A stretch of DNA of 64,000 nucleotides from Gammaproteobacteria bacterium (GCA_965221695.1 OZ244905.1:288001-352000); one strand, 5' to 3'. Counted from the stretch's first letter, positions 9,566-20,821 are shown. Notes: a model not told the origin generated them from the letters alone. Numbers and translations: made by a program.

Positions 9566-10046
9566 GGACGGCCGAGTAGTCGAGGACAACTGGGAAAGAA
9601 TTTCCCTGTCTGACCCAGAGCAAGCATTGCCAGCAGGCGATGTCATCGTGCCTTTAGACTATTGGCTCAAAAACAGGGAACTGCTGACCCGGCGTCGCGG
9701 CAGGATTGCCGTTTGCCTGAACGGGGATGACAATCTTGCTGATATTTCCGATTCACTGGAGCAGTTTGAGCTTATTGCCCTGGAGTTTCCCAAGTTTACT
9801 GACGGGCGGAGTTATTCCCATGCCCGGTTGTTGCGAGATCGATTCAACTATCGCGGCGAACTGCGCGCGTTGGGGGATACGCTTCGGGATCAGTTATTCT
9901 TTATGCAACGTTGTGGAATCGATTCCTACCAGATTCGTGAAGACAAGGACGCGCAAGACGCGCTAAAAGGATTATCCGGCTTCAGTGTGAAATATCAAAC
10001 AGGCGCAGATGGCGAACCGCCCATTTACAAGCTCAGGCAGAAATGA
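9552..10046 (+). CDS. DUF934 family protein (sulfite reduction associated)
   Basis: FPKFTDGRSYSHARLLR and GELRALGD..RDQLFFMQRCG; overlaps cysI. Confidence 0.9.
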   Translation: MRVIKDGRVVEDNWERISLSDPEQALPAGDVIVPLDYWLKNRELLTRRRGRIAVCLNGDDNLADISDSLEQFELIALEFPKFTDGRSYSHARLLRDRFNYRGELRALGDTLRDQLFFMQRCGIDSYQIREDKDAQDALKGLSGFSVKYQTGADGEPPIYKLRQK

Positions 10047-10080
10047 AATATGAGTTTAGCGCAAATTTGCTTCTCCGGAT

Positions 10081-10231
10081 CATTCTGGCTTGTGCAGAGT
10101 TTCCTATGATACAGGGATGTATCGTCAAAATCGGCGATAGTAAGCCATTGATTATGAGAAGAAAACAAAAATCGAAATTTTATTTTTCGTACTCTGACAA
10201 GTCTTGGATGGACTTGTTCAGAGTTTCTTAA
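10081..10231 (-). mobile_element. MITE-like element, copy A (degenerate at one end)
   Basis: Reverse complement reads AAGAAACTCTGAACAAGTCCATCC...GATACATCCCTGTATC..GGAAACTCTG and is collinear with the copies at 20634 and 48347. Confidence 0.8.
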
Positions 10232-10233
10232 AT

Positions 10234-10575
10234 TTAATCCTTGAGTGAACTCAGCCCTGTCTCCAGATTATCGTGAATTGTGAACAGGCTCACCAGTCCG
10301 CTTATTTCAAATATCTTCATGATGTTTTCATTTAGGGAACACACTGAAAATGCTCCGGAATTCTTGGCAAAGCTCTTTGTGGCAAAAATCAGCACCCGCA
10401 AACCTGCGCTTGAGATGTAATTCACATCAGCAAAATTAATGATCATCTTATCGCAACCGTTTTTTATTTCCTCTGCGACCTTGTCATGCACCTGTCCTGA
10501 ATTGGTTGCGTCAACCCGCCCCTTAAGATTAAGAATAACAATACCGTCCTGATTTGCTGTTTCAATTGCGTTCAT
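10234..10575 (-). CDS. STAS-domain anti-anti-sigma factor (RsbV-like)
   Basis: GRVDA, VNYISSAGLRVL phospho-Ser motif and IFEISG. Confidence 0.92.
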   Translation of the reverse strand: MNAIETANQDGIVILNLKGRVDATNSGQVHDKVAEEIKNGCDKMIINFADVNYISSAGLRVLIFATKSFAKNSGAFSVCSLNENIMKIFEISGLVSLFTIHDNLETGLSSLKD

Positions 10576-10687
10576 AATTGTTCTCGTTCACTAATTGGAT
10601 TAACGATCTGGATACCGATAGCATATTATAGACTTTTGAATTAAACTGTCCAAATATTTTACAATCAATAAAACTCAGAGTAAGTCT

Positions 10688-11158
10688 ATGCAGCGGAAAC
10701 AACAAAAAACTACCTGGGTATTGGAAGATCTAGCCGGATTGACGGATTTTTCTGATCAGTTCAGAGCGTACTGTGTGCAACAGGACCTGGATGAGGGTAA
10801 AATATTCGAACTTGAACTGTCCCTGGAAGAGTTGATTGTCAACTCATTTAACCACGGCTACAAGGATCATGAACAAGGGACTGTCACCATAGAGGCCGAA
10901 GACAACAGCACGGAAGTCAGGATAAGTTTGCAAGACAATGCGCCACCTTTTGACTTATTCAGGGATGCGCCGCCCCCGCGACTGGGTGGAAAAACCCCGG
11001 AGCCTGAACCTGAGCCCAGCTCGAAAACGACCAAAGAGCTGGAACAGGAGAAAGAGGGTGGTCTCGGTATCCACTTGGTTAAAAGCCTTAATGACAAAGT
11101 CGAATACTATGGTTCCAAGGATGGAAACATCGTTGTCATTATTAAATCCAAATCCTGA
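10688..11158 (+). CDS. Anti-sigma factor Ser/Thr kinase (RsbW-like HATPase)
   Basis: EELIVNSFNHGY, DNAPPFD and GGLGIHLV. Confidence 0.9.
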   Translation: MQRKQQKTTWVLEDLAGLTDFSDQFRAYCVQQDLDEGKIFELELSLEELIVNSFNHGYKDHEQGTVTIEAEDNSTEVRISLQDNAPPFDLFRDAPPPRLGGKTPEPEPEPSSKTTKELEQEKEGGLGIHLVKSLNDKVEYYGSKDGNIVVIIKSKS

Positions 11159-11206
11159 CCAAGCAAAATCCTGACTGACAAAACCTGAATTGGGTTGACC
11201 CGGAGA

Positions 11207-14014
11207 TCAGTCCCGGGGTCCTGTGTATTGAAAGGACAGGATGGTGATATCATCGAATTGATCGGCGCGCCCGATAAACCTGAGCACGCTTCTGAAAACT
11301 GAGCTTGTCATATCCTTGGCGTTGTTAAACTCATTTTTTTTCAGCAACTCCTCCAACCGGGCATCGTCATAGAATTCATCTCTTATGTTCTGCGCCTCGG
11401 TGACGCCATCGGTATATAACAGCGCGATATCGCCCGCTTCCATATCAATGGATTGTTGCCTGAACTCAATGCCCTCGAATGTGCCTACCAATGGCCCCTG
11501 GACTTGTTCGAGACATATCAACTCTCCGTTGTTTTTCTTGATATACGGCAGGTTGTGCCCCGCGTTGGTTATCAGCAGCTTGCCGGTATTCAAGTCCATA
11601 ACGCCGATTATCAATGTGACAAACATGTTGCTGTCATTATTTAAGGACAGTTCATTGTTGACCCGGGTGATGATATCTTTTGTCTGCTTGGTTTGATCCA
11701 GCACTTTGTTGAGTAGGGCCTTGGTCACCGACATGAACAGAGATGCGGGTATGCCTTTGCCGGATACATCGCCCACACAGAAGTAGACCTTATTATCCTG
11801 CATAAGAGAAAAATCGTAAAAATCTCCCGAAACGCTTTGCGCTGGTTTCAGAAAAGCCTCCAGGGTGAACCCCTCGCCTTGGATCGGGTCCGGCAACATG
11901 TCCATCTGCACCTTCTGTCCGATCCTGAGATCCTGGGCCAGCTTGTCATTATGTGACTTGATTGTCTTGAAAGCGCCTTTCAGTTGCTCGCTGGCGCGGG
12001 TAACTTTATTCCGGCTCCAGATGAATATCAGGGTCAGCGTCAGGATCAAAACGGCGGTTAAACCGCTACCTGCCAGGGTTTGCCGGGTAAAGGCCTTGAA
12101 TGTCGCTAAAGCCTCTTCACTGTTAAACTCGTTGATAATGCCAAATCCGTAAACGTTGTTCCATCTCCAGTAGCCGACTACTTTTTGTCCCAGGTAATTG
12201 TCATACTCATCCAGTTCGCCGCCGCTGCCGCCGGCTATCACGCGCTGAACGGAAAGGGGCAGGTCCGCAGGTTTTGCAGCTTTTCCTCGCGCGCCGGCAG
12301 CCATCCCAATCACGGATTGTGTGTCCGCTTCCAACCAACCTTGATCCAGCATTTGTTCTTTCCAGCGGGGTTCGCTGATAAAACGTCCCGCCGCATCAAC
12401 CAGATAAATCTCGCCATAATTACCTGAATAGCCTCGTCTGAGGATTTTTGCCAGCGCTCGCTGTGGAGAGACCATGAAGAAAACCGCTCCCTTGTTTTCA
12501 TCCATCAAGGCCCCGAAAACAATATTTTGCGTGAGCAAATCATCAGTAGCTTCCCGGTTTGGGAATGCGATCATCATATTATGTTTCAGGAGATGTTCTC
12601 TGGCTTCCTCAGGCAGCGTAAAATAATTGCCGATGCGTTCTGCCCGGCTGCTGGATAGAACAATGCCGGTGTTATCGACGATCAGGTAGTCTTCGACGAT
12701 TTCAGGGTTGAGCATCGCGAAACTCTCGGGGAATTGCTGCAAACTCTGCGTTATCGCAATCTCATCTGCCTGTTCGACATTCGGACGAGCCAGGCCCGCC
12801 GCTTGCCGCTCCGGCGACTGAAGCGGGAATTCCTGCAATGCTTGCAAGGAAGCCAGAGACAGTTGCCGGCTGGCTGCTTGCGCAAATTTGACCGTATCCT
12901 GGCTGGTTTCATGCATCCAGTCCAACGTCGCGTTCTGGGTGGCATCCAGGGTAAATTTCAACTCGTCCCTGACCTTGGCGTAAGACTGAATCCTGTTTTC
13001 ACTCAGGAACCACCAGGAAAGCCCTAGAATCATGAAGGTGACCACCACCGCGGCAACAATGAGCGGCCAGCCCTGCCAGAAGTTCCTGAGAAAGAATTGC
13101 AGGGACGTAGCGTCGGCGGTTGTGTTTTCTTTTTCCTCTTCGGGGGCAGTTTTACTGGTTAACCGCCTTACCAGCGCCTCGCGCGCGGACGCTTTTTCTT
13201 CGGAAACGGGAGAAGTGTAACCACTGGCGGCCAGACGTTTAGCCAATCGGGATTTGCCGCTCTGGGCGTCTCTCTTTTTTATGGTAGCAGCGCCCAGTAT
13301 CAGTGAAAGCAGAGCAAGACCAGCGGCCAGGGCCAGAGTAATCATCAACACCACATTCAGACGCCATTGCTTGTCACGGTATCCGGCAATTTCTCCTGAA
13401 GTTCTGTAGTCCAGAGTTTCAAAAAACCTGTCCAGCGGTTTCATGATTTTTTCTTTGGCCAGGTGGTATTGCTCGCCATGGAGCAAGTTACGCGCCAGGC
13501 CCTGGTTGGGAACGCCTTTGGTTTGGTTATCAAAAAGACCCACCATGGCGTTCATGGCTCGGTTCTCGAGGTTCACGAGCTCGTTGGACTCGTCTTCCGT
13601 TTCCCGTAACAGCGCAAATTCTGTTTCCGTGAATTCGGCCTCTTTCATCAACTCCTTCAATGGTTTGGGAAAGGTGTCCGGGCGCGGTGGAATGCCTGTG
13701 GCAGAGATAAAATCCCAGTAGATATTATGATAATCTACCGGACGCGGGGCATCTCCGCTTCGTATTGCCAATATCTTGTCGAAATACTCCTTGAACTTTG
13801 GATTGCCAGTGACGGTATATGTCCTGGCCATACGGGTGAGATCATCAGAGCTTTGTCGCAGCTCATCAGCCAGCAGATACGATTGGTACCGTCGGTCCGC
13901 CGCAGCATCGATTTTTGCCTGATTTTCGATCACCTCCAGGTAGAGGAGCAGCGAAATCAGCATCAGCGTCATAATTGACGCGAAAATCATGAGTGTGTGT
14001 TTTTGTATATCCAT
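11207..14014 (-). CDS. Membrane sensor PP2C/SpoIIE phosphatase (RsbU-like)
   Basis: VSGDFYD, GDVSGKG, NAGHN, LYTDGVTEA and DDIT; four hydrophobic segments flank two extracytoplasmic regions. Confidence 0.9.
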   Translation of the reverse strand: MDIQKHTLMIFASIMTLMLISLLLYLEVIENQAKIDAAADRRYQSYLLADELRQSSDDLTRMARTYTVTGNPKFKEYFDKILAIRSGDAPRPVDYHNIYWDFISATGIPPRPDTFPKPLKELMKEAEFTETEFALLRETEDESNELVNLENRAMNAMVGLFDNQTKGVPNQGLARNLLHGEQYHLAKEKIMKPLDRFFETLDYRTSGEIAGYRDKQWRLNVVLMITLALAAGLALLSLILGAATIKKRDAQSGKSRLAKRLAASGYTSPVSEEKASAREALVRRLTSKTAPEEEKENTTADATSLQFFLRNFWQGWPLIVAAVVVTFMILGLSWWFLSENRIQSYAKVRDELKFTLDATQNATLDWMHETSQDTVKFAQAASRQLSLASLQALQEFPLQSPERQAAGLARPNVEQADEIAITQSLQQFPESFAMLNPEIVEDYLIVDNTGIVLSSSRAERIGNYFTLPEEAREHLLKHNMMIAFPNREATDDLLTQNIVFGALMDENKGAVFFMVSPQRALAKILRRGYSGNYGEIYLVDAAGRFISEPRWKEQMLDQGWLEADTQSVIGMAAGARGKAAKPADLPLSVQRVIAGGSGGELDEYDNYLGQKVVGYWRWNNVYGFGIINEFNSEEALATFKAFTRQTLAGSGLTAVLILTLTLIFIWSRNKVTRASEQLKGAFKTIKSHNDKLAQDLRIGQKVQMDMLPDPIQGEGFTLEAFLKPAQSVSGDFYDFSLMQDNKVYFCVGDVSGKGIPASLFMSVTKALLNKVLDQTKQTKDIITRVNNELSLNNDSNMFVTLIIGVMDLNTGKLLITNAGHNLPYIKKNNGELICLEQVQGPLVGTFEGIEFRQQSIDMEAGDIALLYTDGVTEAQNIRDEFYDDARLEELLKKNEFNNAKDMTSSVFRSVLRFIGRADQFDDITILSFQYTGPRD

Positions 14015-14058
14015 GGTGTTTGAAAATTATCGAACACCAGTTATCATCACCTGCGTGT

Positions 14059-14087
14059 CCGCGCCCCGCTCGCGTCGCGGGGCGCGG
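14059..14087. other. GC-rich 11-bp stem-loop downstream of ssb
   Basis: Perfect inverted repeat CCGCGCCCCGC-N7-GCGGGGCGCGG; no U-tract. Confidence 0.5.
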
Positions 14088-14114
14088 CTTAAGGCCAACA
14101 CTCGGCGCGACAGT

Positions 14115-14591
14115 TCAAAACGGTATATCGTCGTCAACAAATTCCCCCTCATTGCCGGCAGGCTTTGTGTTTTGTCCCGACTGAGGCGCAGGGGCTTCAG
14201 GGGCTTGTTGGCGCTCCCGTCTTGGGGGACCGGAGAAGTCCTCACCTGCGCTGCTTTTGCTGTCCAGCATTTGCATTTCATTGGCCACAATTTCAGTCGT
14301 ATAGCGTTCATTTCCATCCCGGTCCTGCCACTTGCGCGTTTGTAAGCGTCCTTCGACGAAGACTTTTGAACCTTTGCGTAGATATTCTGAGACAATTTCC
14401 GCCAAACGACCGAAAAATACAATCCGATGCCACTCGGTTCGTTCCTGCAGATCTCCCGATTCCTTATCTCGCCACGAATCAGTTGTCGCCAGGCTGACAT
14501 TTGCGATAGGCGAACCACCGGCAGTGTATCTTACATCCGGATCGTTTCCAAGATTTCCAATGAGAATGACTTTATTTATTCCTCTGGCCAT
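14115..14591 (-). CDS. ssb: Single-stranded DNA-binding protein
   Basis: [20 protein letters not shown] and C-terminal DDDIPF; divergent from uvrA. Confidence 0.98.
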   Translation of the reverse strand: MARGINKVILIGNLGNDPDVRYTAGGSPIANVSLATTDSWRDKESGDLQERTEWHRIVFFGRLAEIVSEYLRKGSKVFVEGRLQTRKWQDRDGNERYTTEIVANEMQMLDSKSSAGEDFSGPPRRERQQAPEAPAPQSGQNTKPAGNEGEFVDDDIPF

Positions 14592-14771
14592 GCTTCCACT
14601 CCTTTCTGATTAAGATTAAACAAAGGAACCTTCGATTACTTCAAAGGCCCCATAAAATACAACCATGATCGGGCTGTTTTTTTCGCCTGGTGTAAATCCG
14701 GCTTGGACTCACGCCAAGCATCCCTTATATTAGCAGGTTAATTTTATTCCGGCCAAACATATGTAGCCATC

Positions 14772-17651
14772 ATGGATACCATACGGATCAGGGGCGCCAG
14801 AACGCATAACCTGAAGAATATCAACCTGGATTTTCCCAGGAATCGGATGATCGTTATCACGGGATTGTCCGGCTCGGGGAAGTCCTCCCTCGCGTTCGAC
14901 ACCATCTATGCAGACGGGCAGCGGCGCTATGTGGAATCGCTTTCCGCTTATGCCAGGCAGTTTTTGTCAATGATGGAAAAACCCGATGTCGATCATATTG
15001 AAGGGCTCTCTCCGGCCATCAGCATAGAACAGAAGTCGACCTCACATAATCCGCGCTCTACAGTAGGCACTATTACAGAGATCTACGATTATCTGAGACT
15101 GTTATTCGCCCGAGTAGGCGAGCCCCGCTGTCCGGAACACCATACCCCTCTGGCCGCGCAGACTATCAGTCAGATGGTGGATCTGATACTGGAACAACCT
15201 GAAGGAAGCAGGTTGATGCTGCTTGCTCCCGTCATCCAGGGAAGAAAAGGCGAACATGTTCAGGTAGTGGAACGAATCAGGGCTGAGGGTTTCGTGCGCG
15301 CGCGCATCGATGGAAAAGTGCATGAGTTGGATAACGCGCCAGCCTTGGAGCAGCGCAGAAAACACACCGTTGAGGCGATAGTCGACCGCTTCCGGGTGCG
15401 GCCGGATATTGGTCTGCGTTTGGCCGAATCCCTTGAGACAGCGGTACGGTTATCCGACGGCCTGGCAATTGTCGCCTCTATCGACGATGCCGACGCCGCT
15501 GATATCGTATTTTCAACCCGGTTTGCCTGTTCGGAATGTGGTTACAGCCTGGGTGAGTTGGAGCCCCGATTATTCTCTTTCAATAATCCGGTCGGCGCCT
15601 GTTCTCGCTGTGACGGTCTGGGGTTGATTCAGTTTTTCGATGCCGACAAGATAATTCAGGATCGCGCGTTAAGCCTGCAGGACGGCGCCATACGCGGCTG
15701 GGACCGGCGCAACGCCTATTACTTCCAGCTAATCAAATCCTTGGCAAAACACTATGGCTTTGCCATTGATACGCCGTATTTCCAACTGGACGAGGAGATC
15801 CGGAACGTGATCCTGCACGGCAGCGGAGATGAAAAGATTAACTTTGATTATCTGCATAGCAAGCGCGGTATCGTCCGACGCGCCCATACTTTCGAAGGCA
15901 TTATTCCGAACATGCAGCGACGCTACCGGGAAACCGAATCCATGATGATTCGGGAAGACCTGAATAAATACCAGAGTAATCAGCCCTGTCCGGCCTGTTC
16001 GGGGCAGCGTCTCAACCAGGCAGCAAGGCACGTATTCGTGGACAATGCCAACTTGCCGGCAATAACTTCCAAGACTGTGATGCAGGCTCGGGACTTCATT
16101 CAAAGCCTGGTCATACCGGGACAGCGCGGGGAGATCGCAAAGCGCATATTGAAGGAAGTTGATGACAGGTTGCGCTTTCTTGTCAATGTGGGACTGGATT
16201 ATCTGACCCTGGACCGGAGCGCGGAAACACTGTCCGGCGGTGAGGCACAACGCATTCGATTGGCCAGCCAGATCGGCGCCGGCCTGGTCGGCGTCATGTA
16301 TGTTCTGGATGAGCCTTCCATAGGTCTGCACCAACGTGACAACAAGCGCTTGCTGAATACATTGCGACAATTGCGCGATCTGGGTAATACGGTGATCGTT
16401 GTGGAGCACGATGAGGAAGCCATCCAAACTGCCGATCATGTCATTGATATGGGACCGGGGGCCGGGGTCCATGGTGGCGAGGTGGTGGCGCAGGGGAGCC
16501 CTGATGATGTCTCCCGTTGCCGTGATTCGCTTACCGGCGCTTACCTTTCGGGAAGAAAACGCATTGACATGCCGTTACGCCGGGTGAAACCTGATGCGGA
16601 ACGAATGGTGGTCTTATCCGGCGCCACAGGCAATAACCTGAAATCGGTGCGGTTGGAATTGCCGTTAGGTCTGATGACCTGTGTAACCGGCGTTTCCGGC
16701 TCGGGTAAGTCGACCTTGATCAATGACACCTTGTACCGGGTTGTTGCGCTCGAAATGAATTACGGCAACTCCAAACCAGCCCCTTTCCAGACTATCTCTG
16801 GTCTTGAATATATCGACAAGGTGGTGGATATCAATCAAAGCCCCATAGGCCGTACCCCGCGCTCAAACCCGGCTACTTATACCGGTTTGTTTACGCCTGT
16901 CAGAGAGCTGTTTGCCGCCACCCAGGAGGCCCGTTCCAGGGGTTACAAACCCGGGCGTTTCAGTTTTAATGTGAAAGGAGGGCGATGTGAAGCCTGCCAG
17001 GGAGATGGGCTCATAAAGGTGGAAATGCATTTTTTGCCGGACATGTACGTGATGTGTGATGTCTGCAAAGGCAAACGCTATAACAGAGAAACTCTGCAAG
17101 TCCGTTATAAGGGTAAAAACATCCACGATGTTCTGGAAATGACGGTGGAAGACGCCAATGAGTTCTTCTCACCGACGCCATTCATTGCACGCAAACTGCA
17201 AACTCTGGTAGATGTGGGGTTATCCTATATCCGTCTGGGCCAAAACGCCACCACGCTGTCCGGTGGCGAAGCGCAGCGGGTGAAACTGTCCAAAGAATTG
17301 TCCAAACGGGATACAGGCAAAACCTTGTACATACTGGATGAGCCGACTACCGGCCTGCATTTCCATGATGTCAACCAGTTGCTCGGTGTGTTGCGCCGGT
17401 TACGCGATCACGGCAATACCGTGGTTGTCATCGAACATAATCTGGATGTCATCAAGACCGCGGATTGGATCATCGACCTGGGACCGGAAGGCGGTGACGG
17501 TGGTGGAGAGATTATTGCCGCAGGCGCGCCGGAAGATATCGCAAAACTACCTCATTCCCATACCGGACGGTATCTGGCGTCGGTGATAGATAAACACGGC
17601 CCGGTCGAACCGGAAACCTCATCCCGACAATCGGAGTTATTGTCGGCATGA
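14772..17651 (+). CDS. uvrA: Excinuclease ABC subunit A
   Basis: Two ABC ATPase modules ([26 protein letters not shown] twice) and zinc fingers. Confidence 0.98.
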   Translation: MDTIRIRGARTHNLKNINLDFPRNRMIVITGLSGSGKSSLAFDTIYADGQRRYVESLSAYARQFLSMMEKPDVDHIEGLSPAISIEQKSTSHNPRSTVGTITEIYDYLRLLFARVGEPRCPEHHTPLAAQTISQMVDLILEQPEGSRLMLLAPVIQGRKGEHVQVVERIRAEGFVRARIDGKVHELDNAPALEQRRKHTVEAIVDRFRVRPDIGLRLAESLETAVRLSDGLAIVASIDDADAADIVFSTRFACSECGYSLGELEPRLFSFNNPVGACSRCDGLGLIQFFDADKIIQDRALSLQDGAIRGWDRRNAYYFQLIKSLAKHYGFAIDTPYFQLDEEIRNVILHGSGDEKINFDYLHSKRGIVRRAHTFEGIIPNMQRRYRETESMMIREDLNKYQSNQPCPACSGQRLNQAARHVFVDNANLPAITSKTVMQARDFIQSLVIPGQRGEIAKRILKEVDDRLRFLVNVGLDYLTLDRSAETLSGGEAQRIRLASQIGAGLVGVMYVLDEPSIGLHQRDNKRLLNTLRQLRDLGNTVIVVEHDEEAIQTADHVIDMGPGAGVHGGEVVAQGSPDDVSRCRDSLTGAYLSGRKRIDMPLRRVKPDAERMVVLSGATGNNLKSVRLELPLGLMTCVTGVSGSGKSTLINDTLYRVVALEMNYGNSKPAPFQTISGLEYIDKVVDINQSPIGRTPRSNPATYTGLFTPVRELFAATQEARSRGYKPGRFSFNVKGGRCEACQGDGLIKVEMHFLPDMYVMCDVCKGKRYNRETLQVRYKGKNIHDVLEMTVEDANEFFSPTPFIARKLQTLVDVGLSYIRLGQNATTLSGGEAQRVKLSKELSKRDTGKTLYILDEPTTGLHFHDVNQLLGVLRRLRDHGNTVVVIEHNLDVIKTADWIIDLGPEGGDGGGEIIAAGAPEDIAKLPHSHTGRYLASVIDKHGPVEPETSSRQSELLSA

Positions 17652-18583
17652 CTGCGCTGGTATGCGGCTCATTCGCCTATGACCGGATCATGGTATATCC
17701 GGGACGCTTCAAGGAAGACATACTCCCAGATAAGATACATATTCTCAATGTCTGTTTTGTTGTGCCGGATATACAGCACGAATTTGGCGGCTCCGGCGGA
17801 AATATCGTCTATAACATGAATCTGCTGAACCTGGATTGTCTGCCTATGGGCACGGTAGGGATTGACTTTGGCGAATACGAAAAATGGTTGGCGAGATACG
17901 GAGTCGACCAACAGCACTTGCGGGTCATAGACGACACTTACACCGCGCAATGTTTCATCACCACAGATCTGGAAAACAACCAGATAACAACATTCCAGCT
18001 TGGCGCGATGGCTTATTCCCACGAAAACAAGGTATCCATGGCGGAGGGCGTCAGCATCGGCATCGTGGCGCCGGACGGAAAAGCCGGAATGTTGCAACAC
18101 GCAAGTCAGTTTGCCGAGGCGGGGATCCCGTTTATCTTTGACCCTGGCCAGAATGTCACTGTGCTAACCGCCGACGAATTGTTAGTCAGTTTCAGGCATG
18201 CGACCTGGCTGATCTTTAATGATTATGAATGGCAATTGGTGGAAGACAAGACCGGATTGACCAGCGCCACCGTTCTGAACCTGGTCGACACCTTGATTGT
18301 TACCCGCGGCGCCTCAGGCTCGACAATTTATACCCGCTCAGGGCAAGTTGAGATCCCCTCCGCACAGGCGGAACGGCTAGCCGACCCGACCGGTTGCGGA
18401 GACGCCTACCGGGCGGGACTGCTGTACGGCCTTATGCATGATATGGACTGGGAGACGACCGGAAGGATTGCCTCGCTCATGGGCAAGATTAAAATCGAAA
18501 CGCAAGGAACTCAGAATCATGAATTTACCTGGCAGGAGTTTCTCGAGTTATTCGAGCGCCACTTTGGATATTCCCTGAAATAA
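17648..18583 (+). CDS. PfkB family nucleoside/adenosine kinase
   Basis: GSFAYD, FDPGQ and [12 protein letters not shown]; ATGA overlap with uvrA. Confidence 0.88.
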   Translation: MTALVCGSFAYDRIMVYPGRFKEDILPDKIHILNVCFVVPDIQHEFGGSGGNIVYNMNLLNLDCLPMGTVGIDFGEYEKWLARYGVDQQHLRVIDDTYTAQCFITTDLENNQITTFQLGAMAYSHENKVSMAEGVSIGIVAPDGKAGMLQHASQFAEAGIPFIFDPGQNVTVLTADELLVSFRHATWLIFNDYEWQLVEDKTGLTSATVLNLVDTLIVTRGASGSTIYTRSGQVEIPSAQAERLADPTGCGDAYRAGLLYGLMHDMDWETTGRIASLMGKIKIETQGTQNHEFTWQEFLELFERHFGYSLK

Positions 18584-18708
18584 AGGGTCGCTCATTGAGC
18601 GACTCAGTATTCGACTGATCTCCTGCTGTTGCTGGAGTGGCGCCTGAGACCTGTGCCAACAGTTACATACATGTGCAACGCCCTGATCATGAGAGATTAG
18701 AAATGCCC

Positions 18709-18737
18709 TTGTATCTTCGGGAACTTTACCCTATACT
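18709..18737 (+). promoter_or_regulatory. Sigma70 promoter of the rpsF operon
   Basis: TTGTAT-17 bp-TATACT. Confidence 0.65.
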
Positions 18738-18784
18738 GCGCGCTGCTGACTGAGGGGCCTCTAACTTTATCGGAAGTTCCTTCT

Positions 18785-18833
18785 ATCCTTGCCTCACTGC
18801 TGGTCGGGAGGCTGAATCCACGAGGATATTACA
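18785..18833 (+). promoter_or_regulatory. S6:S18 ribosomal protein leader (autoregulatory RNA)
   Basis: ATCCTTGCCTC...GGGAGGCTGAATCC..GAGGA directly before rpsF, matching the recalled proteobacterial rpsF leader layout. Confidence 0.7.
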
Positions 18834-19349
18834 ATGAGACACTATGAAATTGTGTTTCTGGTCCACCCGGATCAGAGCGAGCAGGTTCCTGCGATGATCG
18901 AGCGTTACCGCGCTATGATCGAATCGAACCAGGGGACCATTCACCGGCTGGAGGATTGGGGGCGGCGCCTGCTGGCCTATCCGATCAACAAGGTCCATAA
19001 GGCGCATTACGTTCTGATGAACATTGAGTGCGATCAGGCCACCTTGGACCAGATCAACAACGCCTTCAGGTTCAATGACGCGGTTATTCGTGATCTCATT
19101 TTTCGCAGGGATGCTGCTATCACGACGCCGTCTCCGCTTGCCAAAAGCAAGGAACAGGAAAAAGAACAGACCGACGGCGCTTCGAATGACGCTATCGATG
19201 AGGAGACGGGCGGCAATCTTCCCGCAGTTGAAGATGCCGGCAACAACGATAGCAAAACTGAAACATTACCTCCCTCCCCAGAGCGGCAGGAACCGGATCA
19301 GCAGGAGCCTGGAACGGATAGCGAACAGACCAATCCAGAAACCACTTAA
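18834..19349 (+). CDS. rpsF: 30S ribosomal protein S6 with long acidic tail
   Basis: [18 protein letters not shown]...[14 protein letters not shown]...FRFNDAVIR. Confidence 0.97.
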   Translation: MRHYEIVFLVHPDQSEQVPAMIERYRAMIESNQGTIHRLEDWGRRLLAYPINKVHKAHYVLMNIECDQATLDQINNAFRFNDAVIRDLIFRRDAAITTPSPLAKSKEQEKEQTDGASNDAIDEETGGNLPAVEDAGNNDSKTETLPPSPERQEPDQQEPGTDSEQTNPETT

Positions 19350-19369
19350 CCGAAAGATACAGGTGAGAC

Positions 19370-19594
19370 ATGGCAAGATATTTCAGAAGAAAACGCTTTT
19401 GCAAGTTTTCTGCGGAAGGTGTTGATGAGATTGATTATAAGGATATCAATACGTTGAAAGCATATATTACGGAAACAGGTAAAATTGTGCCCAGCAGGAT
19501 ATCCGGCGTCAAGGCGAAATACCAAAGACAGTTGGCAGCCGCAATCAAACGCGCGCGCTACCTGTCGCTGCTGCCTTACAGCGACGCTCATTAA
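19370..19594 (+). CDS. rpsR: 30S ribosomal protein S18
   Basis: [13 protein letters not shown] and [13 protein letters not shown]. Confidence 0.98.
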   Translation: MARYFRRKRFCKFSAEGVDEIDYKDINTLKAYITETGKIVPSRISGVKAKYQRQLAAAIKRARYLSLLPYSDAH

Positions 19595-19696
19595 ACCTTA
19601 ATTGCTCACACCGATGCGCTTGTGACCACCGGATTAGTGTTTGCTGTTAATGCAATGTTCAGGATAAAGCCGGCGTTTCTGGCGTAGGGGAGCGAG

Positions 19697-20605
19697 ATGA
19701 AGACGTTAGGCAACTACTTGCTGAGGACTCGCGTTCATTCGGCGCTGACCATCAGCGTATTGACCCTGCTCTCGATATTCATTTCACCTTTTTCCTATTT
19801 CATCAGCGGCGCGCCGATGGGCCTTGTTGCTTTGCGCAAAGGACCGGTTATCGCTCTCCAGGTTGCCGTCGGCAGCTCGCTGTTGATAGCGCTGCCAGCC
19901 CTGGCTTTCAACCTGCAGCTTGGAATGCCCATAGCATTCCTGCTAAGCGTTTGGCTCCCGGTCATATTGTGCGCGGGAGTATTACGAAGCACACAATCGC
20001 AAGGGCTGATGGTCATGTGCGCGATTACACTCGGCATAGTATTTCTGGCTCTGATTTACTTCATGATGGAAGATATACAAACATGGTGGCAGGAATGGTT
20101 TGAGTTATGGAAGGAATACGCGATCTCAGCAACGGCCGGGCAACGACTTGAACAAGCACACGAGTTTATCCGCAATATGCTATCGGCAATTTTAGCATCG
20201 GGTTTCGTTATCAGCCTGATACTGACCATGTTGCTGGCGCGCTGGTGGCAGTCTGCGCTCTTTAATCCGGGCGGTTTCAGAAAAGAATTTTATGCTATGC
20301 GGCTGCCGCGCGTTATGCTCTTTCCGACGCTGGCGGGATTGCTGCTATTGCTGGTTGCAGCCGACTTCGCATCCATTGCAATCCGGGACTACGTAATCCT
20401 GATGTTGATCCAGTACCTGTTTCAGGGATTATCGGTCATACATGGTTTTCTGTTTGTGAATGCGCGCTCCAAGGCCTGGTTGATTGCAATCTACTGCCTG
20501 TTTTTTATATTGCCGCACTATACCCTGTTATTCGTGAGCTGTGTCGGCATTGTGAATGCATTTCAGGGCGGAAAACCGATTCAAATCAGCGATAAGAGCG
20601 CATGA
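19697..20605 (+). CDS. DUF2232/YybS-like membrane protein
   Basis: Multi-TM protein with LARWWQSALFNPGGF, in its typical position between rpsR and rplI. Confidence 0.85.
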   Translation: MKTLGNYLLRTRVHSALTISVLTLLSIFISPFSYFISGAPMGLVALRKGPVIALQVAVGSSLLIALPALAFNLQLGMPIAFLLSVWLPVILCAGVLRSTQSQGLMVMCAITLGIVFLALIYFMMEDIQTWWQEWFELWKEYAISATAGQRLEQAHEFIRNMLSAILASGFVISLILTMLLARWWQSALFNPGGFRKEFYAMRLPRVMLFPTLAGLLLLLVAADFASIAIRDYVILMLIQYLFQGLSVIHGFLFVNARSKAWLIAIYCLFFILPHYTLLFVSCVGIVNAFQGGKPIQISDKSA

Positions 20606-20633
20606 TTATGCTATGCTTGGGAAATCGTATACC

Positions 20634-20791
20634 TAAAGAAGCTCTGAACAAGTCCATCCTGGACTTGTCAGAGCACGCAAAACAAAAAATCGATTTTTGT
20701 TTTGCTATCAAATTCAATGACTTATCGTCATCGAATTTGGCGATACATCCCTGTATCGCAGGAACCTCTGACTTAATCAGAGTTTTCCTAA
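20634..20791 (+). mobile_element. MITE-like element, copy B (152 bp plus TAA flanks)
   Basis: Ends AGAAGCTCTGAACAAGTC and GACTTAATCAGAGTTTTCC; (C)TAA on both sides; five internal hairpins. Confidence 0.85.
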
Positions 20792-20821
20792 GCAGGGTTC
20801 CTTTAAGTCAGGAGTGAAATA

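Noticed and set aside
10043-10231. 62-aa ORF here and 71-aa ORF at 20602-20817
   Set aside because: Both lie in MITE copies; the shared KSILDLSE peptide with the 57795 extension is repeat-derived.
14592-14771. LexA SOS box expected between ssb and uvrA
   Set aside because: No CTGT-N8-ACAG match is visible; another motif cannot be supported from one site.
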